The notes under the pieces are model-generated. The model was not told the DNA's origin. It saw only the letters and a list, made by a program, of their open reading frames with translations, and did no database searches. The translations under genes and the position numbers were made by a program. A stretch of 64,000 nucleotides of DNA from sequence record NC_028999.1. The stretch is one strand, 5' to 3'. This document shows, piece by piece, positions 28,327 through 39,348 of this stretch (positions are counted from its first letter, which is position 1; every line of letters starts with the position of its first letter).

Positions 28327-29607
28327 ATGGCACTTGAACAACAACCGCCGTGCAACGTCAATGACGAGCTGGCCGATACTATCATTGAACCCAATGATGA
28401 AATCATCGAAGACTCCAGCGATTTCGTGAATGTGGATCCTGAAGTAGAAGTACTGAACGATGAGGCTGAAGAACTTGCTTCGGTTAATGAAGCTCTGGAA
28501 GCTTATTCGGTACTTCTGAAGCAAGCCGGTGAGAAAGGCATTAACCGACAGACTGCTGCCATCATGGCAGTAGGTATGCGGAACATTGACCGTAAACTGG
28601 GTTTTGATAATCCTGGTTTTGGTTTGGAAGAATTTAACTCAGCTACGCCGCGTGATGGTCGTCAACAGGTAGTTATCTCCATTGAAGACATCAAAGAACG
28701 TGGTAAAGTGCTGTTTGAAAAACTTAAAGAGTTTTTCAACAAGCTCATGGCGGTGGCTAAACAGGTTTGGGAACGGGTTGCAGGTGCACGTGTTAAAACA
28801 GAACGTAAAGCACAATATCTGTTGACTGCTATTCCAAAATTCCCTGGATATCCTGGTGGTAAATTCCGTGGGGAAGTTCCACCTGTACCGGCTGGCGTCC
28901 GTTCTAATCTGCCGAATCTTGCCGATAACAGAAAAGAAGCTACAGACAAAGACAGTTTTGAAGTTGTGATCAATACCCCTGCGCCCGTGTTTGCAGATGG
29001 TAAAAATACCTACGATAACATCGATCGTGAAAAGCGATATATCAAACTGCTGTCTAATGGTCTTCCGCGGTTCTATCGTGATATCTTTGTAAAGGTTCGT
29101 GAAGTTATTCGTAGCGGTAATGACGATTCTGATCTGATGGTCTCCATTCTAGATTACGTTCATCGGGCTGCTGAACTCGTATTGAAGACTGGTCTGGCTG
29201 GCGAATCACTGCCGGGTAATCGGCAGTTAGTCTGGGATAAAGAAGCCCTGAGTTTTGCACTGGTAGAATCTGACGGGACTGTTCCAGAAAGCATTACTCT
29301 TGACCTGCGTCCGAATACCCGCCTTAAAGCACTGGCGAAAGATATTCACAGTTTCAGCGGTGAGCCATGGACAGCAGATCGTGAGAAAGCCATGAAAGAA
29401 GTTTCTGGTGATTATCAAGCCGTGGTTTCTGATCTCAACCGTGTCTTTGCAGATGATGTTGAACGTGCACAGAGACTGGCTGGGGCGATCATGACACTGA
29501 TGCAGAAAGTTTATAAGCCTGGGCTGTTTGCTAATGTTGAGGTCGCTGTCGTTCGCGCACTTTCCGCCAAGTTGGAAATTGTTGAAGCAGAACTTGCGAG
29601 CTACTAA
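28327..29607 (+). CDS. internal head paralog (phiKZ gp93-family)
   Basis: ALEAYSVLLKQAGEKGINRQTAAIM...GLEEFNSATPRDG...SIEDIKE. Confidence 0.8.
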   Translation: MALEQQPPCNVNDELADTIIEPNDEIIEDSSDFVNVDPEVEVLNDEAEELASVNEALEAYSVLLKQAGEKGINRQTAAIMAVGMRNIDRKLGFDNPGFGLEEFNSATPRDGRQQVVISIEDIKERGKVLFEKLKEFFNKLMAVAKQVWERVAGARVKTERKAQYLLTAIPKFPGYPGGKFRGEVPPVPAGVRSNLPNLADNRKEATDKDSFEVVINTPAPVFADGKNTYDNIDREKRYIKLLSNGLPRFYRDIFVKVREVIRSGNDDSDLMVSILDYVHRAAELVLKTGLAGESLPGNRQLVWDKEALSFALVESDGTVPESITLDLRPNTRLKALAKDIHSFSGEPWTADREKAMKEVSGDYQAVVSDLNRVFADDVERAQRLAGAIMTLMQKVYKPGLFANVEVAVVRALSAKLEIVEAELASY

Positions 29608-29675
29608 ACATATTGCCTCCCTTCGGGGAGGCTTTATGCCGTCAATCCTATGTTTAACACAATAGAGTCTTACTC

Positions 29676-30830
29676 ATGGATACTCGCCAAGACCCTCATA
29701 ACCGGCCAGATCTCAAGGATGCGCCGGACGAATTTGAACAACCAGATACGATCACTGATGACCATCTTGAACAGATCGACGAACTGGTTGCTATGCATCA
29801 TTCACTGGAGAACTATCTTAGCCACCTGGAAGCAGCTGGTCCTGATGGGTTATCTCGTCATGCAAAACGTGCCATGCAAATGGGGTTGAATCACATCGAC
29901 TCCAAACTTAATCGAATGACGTGTTCTCTGGAAGACAGTGAATCCACTGAAACCGATAACAGCAGTCTTGGTAACCGTATTAAAGAAATTGCTAAGCGGA
30001 TTTATCAGTTCATTCTAAAACTGATCGATCAAGCTAAGCAATATGCCAAGAAAGTTATTGGTGGTTCTGAACGCGTTAAGTCGAAAGCTGAAGAACTCCT
30101 GAAACAGATCCGTGATCGGACCAAACCAAAACCAGCTAATGAACTTCATAATGAAGCTTCTCATGTAACGGTCAATAGCCCAGGTATTTTGTTTGCAGAT
30201 GGTCATTTCTGTTTGGCTGAATGCCGTACTGAACAGGAAATTATTAAGTTCTTCCTACAAACGTATCCTCAATACACCAAAGACCAAATCAACAAACTCA
30301 CTAAGGCTGTCAAGTCTTACGATGTTGAATCAGGGGATGTTCGCGAATATGAGTCTATCAGTGAATTTGTAGGCAAGCATGTCAGTCTGGTAGCGAGTAT
30401 TGCAGACAAAATTCTACCCGGTAATAAGAAGGTCGAATTCAGGTATACCGCGTTAGGTCCATATTTGGGTGATGCAGATGCCAAAGATGCTCCAAGTGAA
30501 TATTCATTTGAAGCACGTCATCGGGCAGCTATCGAAGACACTTTGAAGCAAAACATTGCTACAATGAATGCCGTCGCTAAACTGTTAAAAGCTGAAGCTA
30601 GTATTCTGGATGAGATGCGTGAGCTTAGTCAACAGCTCATGGGTCTGCAAAATCGTCGTGGTGAAACAGTGTGGCGATCTGCACGGGAAGCACTGGATAA
30701 AGTCTGTACGGATAGCATGGAGCTGTTCCAGCGTATTCGTCCTGATTACGGCCCTATCTCCGCTCATCTAACTCGGATTGGGAAAGCGCGTAACGACGTC
30801 TGCGAGCTCGAACTGAAAGCACACCAGTAA
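29676..30830 (+). CDS. internal head paralog (phiKZ gp93-family)
   Basis: SLENYLSHLEAAGPDGLSRHAKRAMQMGL...SLEDSE. Confidence 0.8.
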   Translation: MDTRQDPHNRPDLKDAPDEFEQPDTITDDHLEQIDELVAMHHSLENYLSHLEAAGPDGLSRHAKRAMQMGLNHIDSKLNRMTCSLEDSESTETDNSSLGNRIKEIAKRIYQFILKLIDQAKQYAKKVIGGSERVKSKAEELLKQIRDRTKPKPANELHNEASHVTVNSPGILFADGHFCLAECRTEQEIIKFFLQTYPQYTKDQINKLTKAVKSYDVESGDVREYESISEFVGKHVSLVASIADKILPGNKKVEFRYTALGPYLGDADAKDAPSEYSFEARHRAAIEDTLKQNIATMNAVAKLLKAEASILDEMRELSQQLMGLQNRRGETVWRSAREALDKVCTDSMELFQRIRPDYGPISAHLTRIGKARNDVCELELKAHQ

Positions 30831-30894
30831 CCAATTCTATGGTTATTTACGAAGTCATCATCGCGCGATGATCTAACCTCTAGAGGAATTAATA

Positions 30895-32403
30895 ATGTCC
30901 AGTGCATTGCAACGCTACCTGAGTCAGGAAGAGTACGACGAAGCTCCCGTACCGACTGATGTGGTAGTTGAAGGCGGCGATTCTGCTATCGACGCCCAAG
31001 AAGTAGAAGTAATTGCCGGTCCGACGCCGGCAGTTGTAGAGGGAGCTATCGAGCCGACGCCGATCACTGAAGTTCTCCCCGAACCGACTCCGGCTCCACT
31101 ACCTGAAACACCTGCTGTTGTGACTAACACCGAAATGACCCCTGTTGCTGAAGTTACCACTGACATCCCTGCTGGGGCCGAACAAGAAGTCGATATCGCT
31201 GTCGATCAAGGTCTACCGCCGACTGGCGAAGAGATCCTCGACGTTGAAGCTGCTGTTGATAATGACAGTACTTTGCCGATGATGGACCACAGTCAGATTG
31301 AACAAACCATCATCGCCAACCAAGTTGACGATATGATCGAAGTTCAGCAATCGATGGAAGCTTATGCTGCTCTGCTGAAACAAACCGGTCTGGAAGGTAT
31401 CTCTCAGCAAACCGCAGCATTCCTGCGGGTGGGTCTGAAAGATGCTGAACGCAAATTGGGTGTTACGGGCCTGGTTGCCGGTCTGGAATCTTACGACGCT
31501 ACACCGCGCTCAGCTATTCAGAAAGCTACTGTATCCACAGAAGACCTGAAGGCATATGCCAAGCAGGCATTCGAGAAAGTGATGGAGCTTATCCGTAAAC
31601 TACTCGCTGCTATCGCCTCTGGTTTTGAAAGCCTTATGTCAGGTATTGTTGAAACTGAACACAAGCTTAATCTGCTGGAACAAGCAGCTGAGCAACTGCG
31701 TGGTAAAGAAGCACCGAATGCTGTTGTTCCACTGAATGATCCACTGTTGTTCGCCGGCACTAAGCTGAAATTCAAAGATACCAAATCTCTTTCGGGTCTG
31801 GCACATTTCAGTTCGTACGCCTATCCTGCCGCTGTGAAGAAATATTACGAAGGCCTGGGTACTCTGGTTAAGGGCTGGGATCCGATCAAGGGTAATGCCG
31901 ATGATCTGGTCGAGAAGCTGACTAGCGCCACCGCACCTCTGGACGATCTGTACAGCGATAATGAAATCCTGCCAGGTAATATGGTAATCGATATCGCTGC
32001 CGATGGCATTGTCTATGGCCTACGTAAAGATGAAACACAAGACGATCAGGTCAGTGGTAAGCTTACGGTTCGATCTGTTCCTGAGATCAAACAACACCTG
32101 AAGAAACTCTCGGACATCATCAAGATTAACAAAGCTGCTAAAGCGGAGCATGAGAAGATTGCTGAAGGTGCTAAGACCCTGACCGATGCAGGCAAAGCAC
32201 TGGAAGCAAAACTGGGTAGCGCTGAACTGGATCCGAGTTCCAAGGCTGAGATTCAGAAAGTACTTAACACTATCGCTGATCTGGTTCGTACTTCTAACCC
32301 GCGTAGCAAACAGATCACCCACTACGTCATCCGTGTAGTGAGTGCACATCTGAAAGTGATCAAAGCTGAACTGTCCAGCTACACCAAGAAAACTGGTGAA
32401 TAA
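30895..32403 (+). CDS. internal head paralog (phiKZ gp93/gp95-family)
   Basis: SMEAYAALLKQTGLEGISQQTAAFL...GLESYDATPRSA...STEDLK. Confidence 0.8.
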   Translation: MSSALQRYLSQEEYDEAPVPTDVVVEGGDSAIDAQEVEVIAGPTPAVVEGAIEPTPITEVLPEPTPAPLPETPAVVTNTEMTPVAEVTTDIPAGAEQEVDIAVDQGLPPTGEEILDVEAAVDNDSTLPMMDHSQIEQTIIANQVDDMIEVQQSMEAYAALLKQTGLEGISQQTAAFLRVGLKDAERKLGVTGLVAGLESYDATPRSAIQKATVSTEDLKAYAKQAFEKVMELIRKLLAAIASGFESLMSGIVETEHKLNLLEQAAEQLRGKEAPNAVVPLNDPLLFAGTKLKFKDTKSLSGLAHFSSYAYPAAVKKYYEGLGTLVKGWDPIKGNADDLVEKLTSATAPLDDLYSDNEILPGNMVIDIAADGIVYGLRKDETQDDQVSGKLTVRSVPEIKQHLKKLSDIIKINKAAKAEHEKIAEGAKTLTDAGKALEAKLGSAELDPSSKAEIQKVLNTIADLVRTSNPRSKQITHYVIRVVSAHLKVIKAELSSYTKKTGE

Positions 32404-32451
32404 TCATAACGACGGGGCTCTTCGGAGTCCCGTCTTATGCTAGGAGTTGTT

Positions 32452-33582
32452 ATGTCGATTGAACTCGATCTGGATACACCGATTATTAAACAACCGATCG
32501 CTGAACCAGACTACAATAATGTTACTGCTGAAAAGCTGTCTGAACTCATGGAGACCTCTCCGGAGATTGCCGCTAAGATCATCGAACTGATGGGCAGTAA
32601 TGAGGCGTATGCTGAATACAAACACGCACTAAGACAAACTTTAAGCCTCGATGTGAGTACTGAGGATTTCAAAGAAGAGTTCGCCAAACTACTCGACCGA
32701 ATTCTGGCCTTCTTAAAAGCGATGGCTAAGGATCTGTTCGACGGTACCGCCGGGATGGCGTTGACCATGGAACGTATTATGTTGCGTGCTGATCGGCTGC
32801 AAACAGATGCGCGTTCGGTAGCACGTCGTGATAAAGCAACTACGTTCAAGATCAATACTCGAATACAGAACCTGTGTGTGCGTTATCGTCCTATCACTGA
32901 AGTGCAGGGATTGTTCTCCGCACTGCGTAATCTGGACATTGTGGCTCGTACCTACTACGAATTCCAGAACAGTCAAATGCTTTCGGCTAGCCTCCGTATT
33001 CCCAACGTTATTAACAACGAAGGAGAACTAGCAAATGTCATTGAAACAATTATGTCCGTTAATCCTGTCGGGATGGCTGCCAATAATCAGTTGTTCCGTC
33101 ATAGCGGATACCGTCATGAAAGTATCCACCTCCTTGGTAACCGCCAATTGGTCGTGGTTGACAAACGCCCTGACGGCGGTCAAGTCGATCGTCTCTTAGG
33201 GATTGAAGTAAAGCTGGATGATTCTGAACGAGATCCCCTACCATTACCAGAAGAGATCACGTTCCAACGATTCTCCACTTCCATTGAAGTATCTTTGCTG
33301 CGTCAGGTAGTAAAGACTGCTGAGATGCTTAACCGAGCTAATAACCTTTCCACTCGTCATCGCCGCCGCGATCGTATTAATCAATTGACTGCGATTGTGA
33401 ACAAAGTGCGCGATAATCTCCAGACTGATCAACTAAGGGATGTGAGTGAGGATAGCTATAGGCTCTTCGTTCGGGTAATTGAAGCTTATATTGACTGGCT
33501 AGCGAATCCATACCTGGGGTTCATGGCGTTGTGTGCACGCGATCTCACGGCCATTTTGAATGTCTGTGAAGCCAATATTTAG
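32452..33582 (+). CDS. internal head protein (gp96 position)
   Basis: SNE and STE sites, then DFKEEFAKLLDRILAFLK. Confidence 0.72.
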   Translation: MSIELDLDTPIIKQPIAEPDYNNVTAEKLSELMETSPEIAAKIIELMGSNEAYAEYKHALRQTLSLDVSTEDFKEEFAKLLDRILAFLKAMAKDLFDGTAGMALTMERIMLRADRLQTDARSVARRDKATTFKINTRIQNLCVRYRPITEVQGLFSALRNLDIVARTYYEFQNSQMLSASLRIPNVINNEGELANVIETIMSVNPVGMAANNQLFRHSGYRHESIHLLGNRQLVVVDKRPDGGQVDRLLGIEVKLDDSERDPLPLPEEITFQRFSTSIEVSLLRQVVKTAEMLNRANNLSTRHRRRDRINQLTAIVNKVRDNLQTDQLRDVSEDSYRLFVRVIEAYIDWLANPYLGFMALCARDLTAILNVCEANI

Positions 33583-33629
33583 ACCAATTATCTGAAACAC
33601 CGATTTAACCTGTACAGAAGGTATTCAAC

Positions 33630-36191
33630 ATGTTGAAAAGTCTGCACAAATACCTCGCCTCTGTCGAAGAATTCGACGAGACTGAAGGTACTCCGGCAGA
33701 GCCGCCCATGGCGGAAGAAGTGGATGCGACTGCGGTCACTACGTCTGCTGAACCGGAGGTTGATGTACAAGAGGCTGGGGACGATGTAGGTCAAGCTACC
33801 CCCACCGAAGAGATCGCTCCCGATGGCGATCTGGAAGTCGTAGAAGAGAAGCCTGTGGTTCCGGAGCCCATGGCTACTACAAACGAATCCACCGCCGTAG
33901 CAGAAGCTACTGCAATCGGAGAACAAAAACAGGCTGACGTCCAGAGTCTGGTAGACCAAGCTGAACAACTACAAGCCACATCCGCTGATATTGTCAGTGA
34001 GGCTGCTGCTGAAGTTGAAGAAGGCGCTACCGACATTAATGGCAATGGCATCACGGAAGATCAAGCCGAATCCAATTCCAACGCAGAGGCCCTGACAGCA
34101 GAAGCTGAAGCCGAAGCGGTACAGGCCGAGGAGACCCCGGTCGAAGTCGAAGGTGCTGATGATGCAGAAAGCGGCAACACTGAAGCCGAGGCCAGTGGAG
34201 ATGACGACGCCCCTACAACTGACGAAAATACAGATAGTGGGAGCGATGATCTCAGCGGTGATACTGATGTTGACCTTGGTGGGTCTGGCGACAATGTTGC
34301 CGCTACTGATGATACCGGTATTACTGAAACGGGGCCCGAAACTGAAGTGGGGGAACTGGGTGCAGGTGAAGGTGAATCCGACGACACTGATGTAGTCGAA
34401 GAAGCCGAAACAGAGCTAGAGAGCAACGATGAGTCTGATCTCTCTGAAGAAATCCCCGCTACCGACAGTGAACCTGTGGTAGAAGAAGTCGTAGAAGAAA
34501 ATGCTCCGACTGAAACCGAAGCACTCGTCAATAACGAGGGGGAAACCGAAGAAGAGGTAAATATTCCTCCAGAAGCCGAAGAGATTCCGGCTGAGGAACT
34601 CCCCGAGGGTGGTGATGTTGTTGAGACACCTGAAGAAATTGAGGAAGCTGCTGAAACAGCTGAAGATGTTTCTGATGATGTCGAAGAAGTTGAAGCTGCC
34701 AAAGCCGAAGCTGAAACCAATGCCCCCACCGAGATCGTTGATGAAATCGCTGAAGCGGCTGAGACAGTAGAAGAAGAGACTGGCGTTGACCCGCTGGATA
34801 CTCAAGCTTCTTTCGACGCAGTCGACGAAGCTGCTGCTGCTGAAAACAAAGATGAACCGGTCGTCGAGGAAGTCGAAGAACCGGCCATCGACGTAGAGGC
34901 TGGTGAAATCGAAGAGACTGATGAAGAAGCAGATCTCGATGAAGGCGAACTGGACATTCCAGACGTTGACACTGACACCACCGAAGAAGACGTGGCTGAG
35001 GCAGAAGCGGAAGCTGATGACATCGAACTGGAAGCAGATGAAGACGAGGCAAAAGCTATTGATGCGTCTCGCACTATTGCTGATCTGCAAAAGGAACAAA
35101 CTACGGTAGAAGAGTTCATCGAGCTTCTGAAGTTCGGTCTGGAAAGCGAGCAGTTCTCTATCCAAACTGTGATCCTTGCTCAAGATAAGCTTGACAAACT
35201 ACATGACGCCTTCGGTAAATATTCTCCGGGTATTCCTTCCATGGAAGACTATGGTAAGGATGATCTGGATAAGTATTACATGACGTCTCTGGAAAGCTTC
35301 CGAGGTTTCATCTCCAAGATCAATAACCTGCAACGGTCACTGCATGAGAAGGTTGAGCGTTGGTGGCATGGCGGCATCGTCACTAAAATCGATGCCCGTT
35401 CTAAAGCCATCAACAAAGATATCGACCTGGTTCTAACCAAACTCTCGGGTGCGTCTATCCAGGGTAAGGTATCGCTCAGCGGTTTGAACTCTGACCTGGC
35501 CACCCGTGACGGTGATCTGGTTAAAGCTGTCGCTGGCGATCTGCGTGTTATTTCGGAGATTGCTATCAAGGGTCTGAAAGACTCCGAACGGCTGCAAGCC
35601 AATATCATCGATATCCTGAACAAGACCGTTACTGAGGGTGGTGGTGATAAAACTACTAATCTGCTGCAACGTGCTCTGGCTATCAAACCTGCTCAGTTCC
35701 TGCCGATCGCATTCACGGCTGGTTCCATGTTGGGGGGCTGGGTTCTGGAATCGCGTGGGGTTATTGAAGGTGATTCCACAGGCAAGAAACTGCGTTCACT
35801 GGGTGATGTTGGTGTACCGGCCGTCAAGCGTACCAAAGTAGCTGACAAGGTTACTAAAGTAGAGCTTAGCAAAGCTGAACTGGCGCGCCTGCTGACTCTG
35901 GCTAAAGCATACGCTGCACTAGCTCAGAAACTGGCAGCCAGCGCTGGTATGAAGGCGGTTGATAGCTTTACCGAGAACCGCATCGTTCGTAACCGTGCAT
36001 TGGATACTGGCGCGCACGGTGGTGACGTAGTTACTCGTGCTTCGACTTGGAGTGACATCGGTGATATCGACGAACTTGCTGGAGCTCTGCTGAAGGTTTG
36101 TGCGTCGCACATTGAGGTCTACAAGTTCATTACGCAGCACTCTCTTGACGTAGCCTCCGGCATTGTCAAGCTGGCTCGTAAGGCCCTGTAA
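33630..36191 (+). CDS. internal head protein with very long acidic propeptide (gp97 position)
   Basis: About 480 aa E/D/A/T-rich region, then GLESE..SMEDY..SLESF and a helical mature domain. Confidence 0.75.
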   Translation: MLKSLHKYLASVEEFDETEGTPAEPPMAEEVDATAVTTSAEPEVDVQEAGDDVGQATPTEEIAPDGDLEVVEEKPVVPEPMATTNESTAVAEATAIGEQKQADVQSLVDQAEQLQATSADIVSEAAAEVEEGATDINGNGITEDQAESNSNAEALTAEAEAEAVQAEETPVEVEGADDAESGNTEAEASGDDDAPTTDENTDSGSDDLSGDTDVDLGGSGDNVAATDDTGITETGPETEVGELGAGEGESDDTDVVEEAETELESNDESDLSEEIPATDSEPVVEEVVEENAPTETEALVNNEGETEEEVNIPPEAEEIPAEELPEGGDVVETPEEIEEAAETAEDVSDDVEEVEAAKAEAETNAPTEIVDEIAEAAETVEEETGVDPLDTQASFDAVDEAAAAENKDEPVVEEVEEPAIDVEAGEIEETDEEADLDEGELDIPDVDTDTTEEDVAEAEAEADDIELEADEDEAKAIDASRTIADLQKEQTTVEEFIELLKFGLESEQFSIQTVILAQDKLDKLHDAFGKYSPGIPSMEDYGKDDLDKYYMTSLESFRGFISKINNLQRSLHEKVERWWHGGIVTKIDARSKAINKDIDLVLTKLSGASIQGKVSLSGLNSDLATRDGDLVKAVAGDLRVISEIAIKGLKDSERLQANIIDILNKTVTEGGGDKTTNLLQRALAIKPAQFLPIAFTAGSMLGGWVLESRGVIEGDSTGKKLRSLGDVGVPAVKRTKVADKVTKVELSKAELARLLTLAKAYAALAQKLAASAGMKAVDSFTENRIVRNRALDTGAHGGDVVTRASTWSDIGDIDELAGALLKVCASHIEVYKFITQHSLDVASGIVKLARKAL

Positions 36192-36196
36192 GACAA

Positions 36197-36231
36197 CATA
36201 ATAGCCTCTCCGTAATGGAGAGGCTATTATG
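36197..36231 (+). terminator. terminator
   Basis: 15-bp stem CATAATAGCCTCTCC / GGAGAGGCTATTATG. Confidence 0.8.
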
Positions 36232-36267
36232 CCGGATCTTATGATCTTAGAACTTGAGGTATATCTC

Positions 36268-37911
36268 ATGCCCTCAGCAACAGTCCCATTGCCGGACGTA
36301 TATGAAACAATTACCCGTAAGGTGGCTGTTGACGTCGTAAGGCAAGTCGCGCAGTACATGACCTTGCCGGAACAGACTGAAGTCTATTTACCGGGTCGCT
36401 CGGATACCGTTCCTATGAACGATGGCATGTTTGGTAATTGCTGTGATACAGCTAACGCCGTGCATTTCGATCCAGAGGAACGAGTTACTATTACTTACGA
36501 TGAAGTCGCTGAAGAGAACTTTACACTTTCTACAGCTGTAATGAACAACGAGAATTTCCCGGTGTTCTACGACGAAACTCGTGATGTTATTATGCGTCCA
36601 ATTCGTCGCTTCGTTGACTTTCGTATTGACTTTGAATATCAAGCTCCAAACGTAGTATTGGCTCAACGCTGGTTAGACGATCAACGCATTCGTTTAAGTT
36701 CGGGTGTGGGAGATCTGACGATGTCGTTGACCTACCATTACAACGTACCACCCGCTTTATTGGGATTGATGAAGGGTCTGTACGACACCATGCAGAACTC
36801 CTGCTGGCCGACAGAGTGGACCTTCCGCGAATGGATGGAAAAATATTGGGCCCAACCCCAAACCGAGATGACCACTTTGATCGGTACGCACCCCACTCTG
36901 ACCATTTATGAGCGTCAAGTGGATGTAGTGGGTCACTTTGACTTTATCAACTCTCCTGAGACTCCTCAGCAATCTAGTGATAAAGCTGGTGGCTACACAG
37001 TTAACTTCAGTTACATCTGTCGTTACGAGCGTCCAACGCATATTCGGGTTACTTACCCGATGATTATGCATCAATGTCCGATTCCGAAAGTCTTCCGTCC
37101 TAAACCGATTTATGAAAACTACCAGCAAGCTGATCGCAAGGTAACCAATCTACGGGGTTCACTGGAGAAAGCTCTGATTTTGATGCGCAGCCGCGGCGTG
37201 GATTACATCCAACATCCAGATACTGACGATTGGCATACCGATGATAAACCCATTCAACGCTTTACATTTTTTAATGGATTGCTTTGTTTGGATAAAGATG
37301 ATCCCACACAGCTACTGGATCTTTCTAAGCTAGGACGATTCACATTTACTGGTTGGTGGTTAGAGTTCTTCAAACAAGAAGGGGCACACGCAATCGCCGA
37401 TGGTTCGTTCTTTGAGTTTAGACTCTACCAGAACAACCAGAGAATTCGTGTACCTCTAACTATTGATCCGGGTACGTTGATTGTGCGTTCGACAATGCCT
37501 CTGGATCCACATCGGTATTATCACATACAGATCTCATTGGTGAAGAACCTCTACGCTATCAACGATAGATATTGGCGTTGTATTTCTCGTTACCCAACTT
37601 GCTGTTGGCAACTCTTCCATCTCTTTAACCTAGGGATTGGTAAGAGACCAATTGAGCAGATGGAACTTCTTGGTTTGTCTGGTCCTCGTCCTCCCGAAGG
37701 GGATTGTGGTGAGGAAGGTAAGACAGAATACGTGAAGGACATACCACATTTCCCACGCGGGATTGTGAAATGGGGCGATATCGCAGAGGCTCGTGATGAG
37801 CAGGATAAGAACATCATCGGTGGTCCTGGTGAATCGGGTTATGTAAACCAGAACACCTTTGGTCCAACTAATGTTCTATTTGCAAATATCATCTCTGAGC
37901 GTAAAAGTTAA
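36268..37911 (+). CDS. virion structural protein (phiKZ gp98-like)
   Basis: GAGGT RBS; start MPSATVPLPDVYETITR; synteny. Confidence 0.72.
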   Translation: MPSATVPLPDVYETITRKVAVDVVRQVAQYMTLPEQTEVYLPGRSDTVPMNDGMFGNCCDTANAVHFDPEERVTITYDEVAEENFTLSTAVMNNENFPVFYDETRDVIMRPIRRFVDFRIDFEYQAPNVVLAQRWLDDQRIRLSSGVGDLTMSLTYHYNVPPALLGLMKGLYDTMQNSCWPTEWTFREWMEKYWAQPQTEMTTLIGTHPTLTIYERQVDVVGHFDFINSPETPQQSSDKAGGYTVNFSYICRYERPTHIRVTYPMIMHQCPIPKVFRPKPIYENYQQADRKVTNLRGSLEKALILMRSRGVDYIQHPDTDDWHTDDKPIQRFTFFNGLLCLDKDDPTQLLDLSKLGRFTFTGWWLEFFKQEGAHAIADGSFFEFRLYQNNQRIRVPLTIDPGTLIVRSTMPLDPHRYYHIQISLVKNLYAINDRYWRCISRYPTCCWQLFHLFNLGIGKRPIEQMELLGLSGPRPPEGDCGEEGKTEYVKDIPHFPRGIVKWGDIAEARDEQDKNIIGGPGESGYVNQNTFGPTNVLFANIISERKS

Positions 37912-37929
37912 TAAGGAATAGGTGATTCA

Positions 37930-39348
37930 ATGTCACTCTTTGTTGAAGAGGAAGAACCACTTCCTAAGAACCCCGAAGTTGATCCGGTGGTACCTAAAGC
38001 CAGGCCAGATACTTTCCGTGGTATTGCGGTTGATACCAAGTTTATTCCACGCAGCTCTATGCTCAGGTGGATTAACGGTGCGAACTGGACCGGTACGTAC
38101 TTTGCACAGAAGCTTGACGAAACACAAGAGCCAACTCCATTGGCTCTACATCGTCAGCCTCCATACCAACAGTACATTCGAATCAACGGCATCAACATCA
38201 AGGTCAACCAGACGCTGGATATTTCCCAAGACGAGCGCATTCGCACATTCTCCGTTACGGCCACTGGTCACACCTATCCTGGTCTGACTGCTAACTACGG
38301 GGATATGTGGGTAGCCGATGTGGGAGATGGTCGGATTGGTTTATTCACTGTTACTTCTGCTCGTCGAGAAACATTCCTACGAGATTCAACTTACGCCATT
38401 GAACTGAAGATGGTCAGTTTCCTGACTCCACAACAAATGGAGGATTTGGAAAGGAAAACCATTCTAACGTATTACTGGTCGGCAAGTGCCCTAGGGGCCG
38501 GTTGTAATCCCTATGTAACTGAGCAGCAACAAGAAGACAGTAAGAACTTTGCCGCACTGCGTTCCGAAATCATTCGTCGATATATCACTGATTTCTACTC
38601 CAAGGAACACAGTACATTTCTGGTGCCCGATCAACTAGCTAAAACCTACGATCACTTTGTCACCAAGGCCATGCTAATGATGGTTGATACGCAGACTGAT
38701 GGTCGCATGCGTTTGGTGAAACTGTTGAACGTAATGTCGGAACCGGTGATGTCGCAACCTACTGTTTGGGATGCACTGGTGCGTCAGGATTCTGGTCGCT
38801 TCTGTGATAATACCGAACGTGCACATCTTGTGAATACGCGTATTTCCAGATGGCGTCCTGAATTACAGGCAATTGGTTTCTCGGGGATTGCTCGATTTGT
38901 ATTCCCAATTGATGCTCCGACAGATGTAGATTCGCAATACGACGGTGAAGACCGTGCACGACCAGAAGGTATTCCTTTCCATGAAGGACGTCCTCGTAGA
39001 CCTGAACCAGGTCCATGGCGTTCTCAGGAAGAACGTGATCTAGAATGGTTCAAACGTAAGCCACAACAATTGGTTGACGTAGCAACTGCCTGGAAGACAC
39101 CCTCCGACATTAAGCCTGTCGTAGTGGATGACTACTATGTATTCTCGCAATCATTCTACTACCAAACTCCAGTTACCCAATCTAAATTGGAACAGCTGGC
39201 TTGGCAGATGATCAACAATGAGCCTTTAAACGTTGACTCGCTTCGTGCAGTCACTAAATGTTGTTTGGGTTGGGATAACCTTGAAAGGTTCTATTACCAC
39301 CCGGTTTTGATTGCATTGCTGAAATACGCAGTGAGGATTGGTACATGA
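37930..39348 (+). CDS. virion structural protein (phiKZ gp99-like)
   Basis: 472 aa; FRGIAVDTKFIP..SMLRWINGANW; synteny. Confidence 0.72.
   Translation: MSLFVEEEEPLPKNPEVDPVVPKARPDTFRGIAVDTKFIPRSSMLRWINGANWTGTYFAQKLDETQEPTPLALHRQPPYQQYIRINGINIKVNQTLDISQDERIRTFSVTATGHTYPGLTANYGDMWVADVGDGRIGLFTVTSARRETFLRDSTYAIELKMVSFLTPQQMEDLERKTILTYYWSASALGAGCNPYVTEQQQEDSKNFAALRSEIIRRYITDFYSKEHSTFLVPDQLAKTYDHFVTKAMLMMVDTQTDGRMRLVKLLNVMSEPVMSQPTVWDALVRQDSGRFCDNTERAHLVNTRISRWRPELQAIGFSGIARFVFPIDAPTDVDSQYDGEDRARPEGIPFHEGRPRRPEPGPWRSQEERDLEWFKRKPQQLVDVATAWKTPSDIKPVVVDDYYVFSQSFYYQTPVTQSKLEQLAWQMINNEPLNVDSLRAVTKCCLGWDNLERFYYHPVLIALLKYAVRIGT

Noticed and set aside
33791-35183. Ser-, Phe- and Leu-rich antisense ORFs
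   Set aside because: Reverse reading of the GAA-rich acidic propeptide
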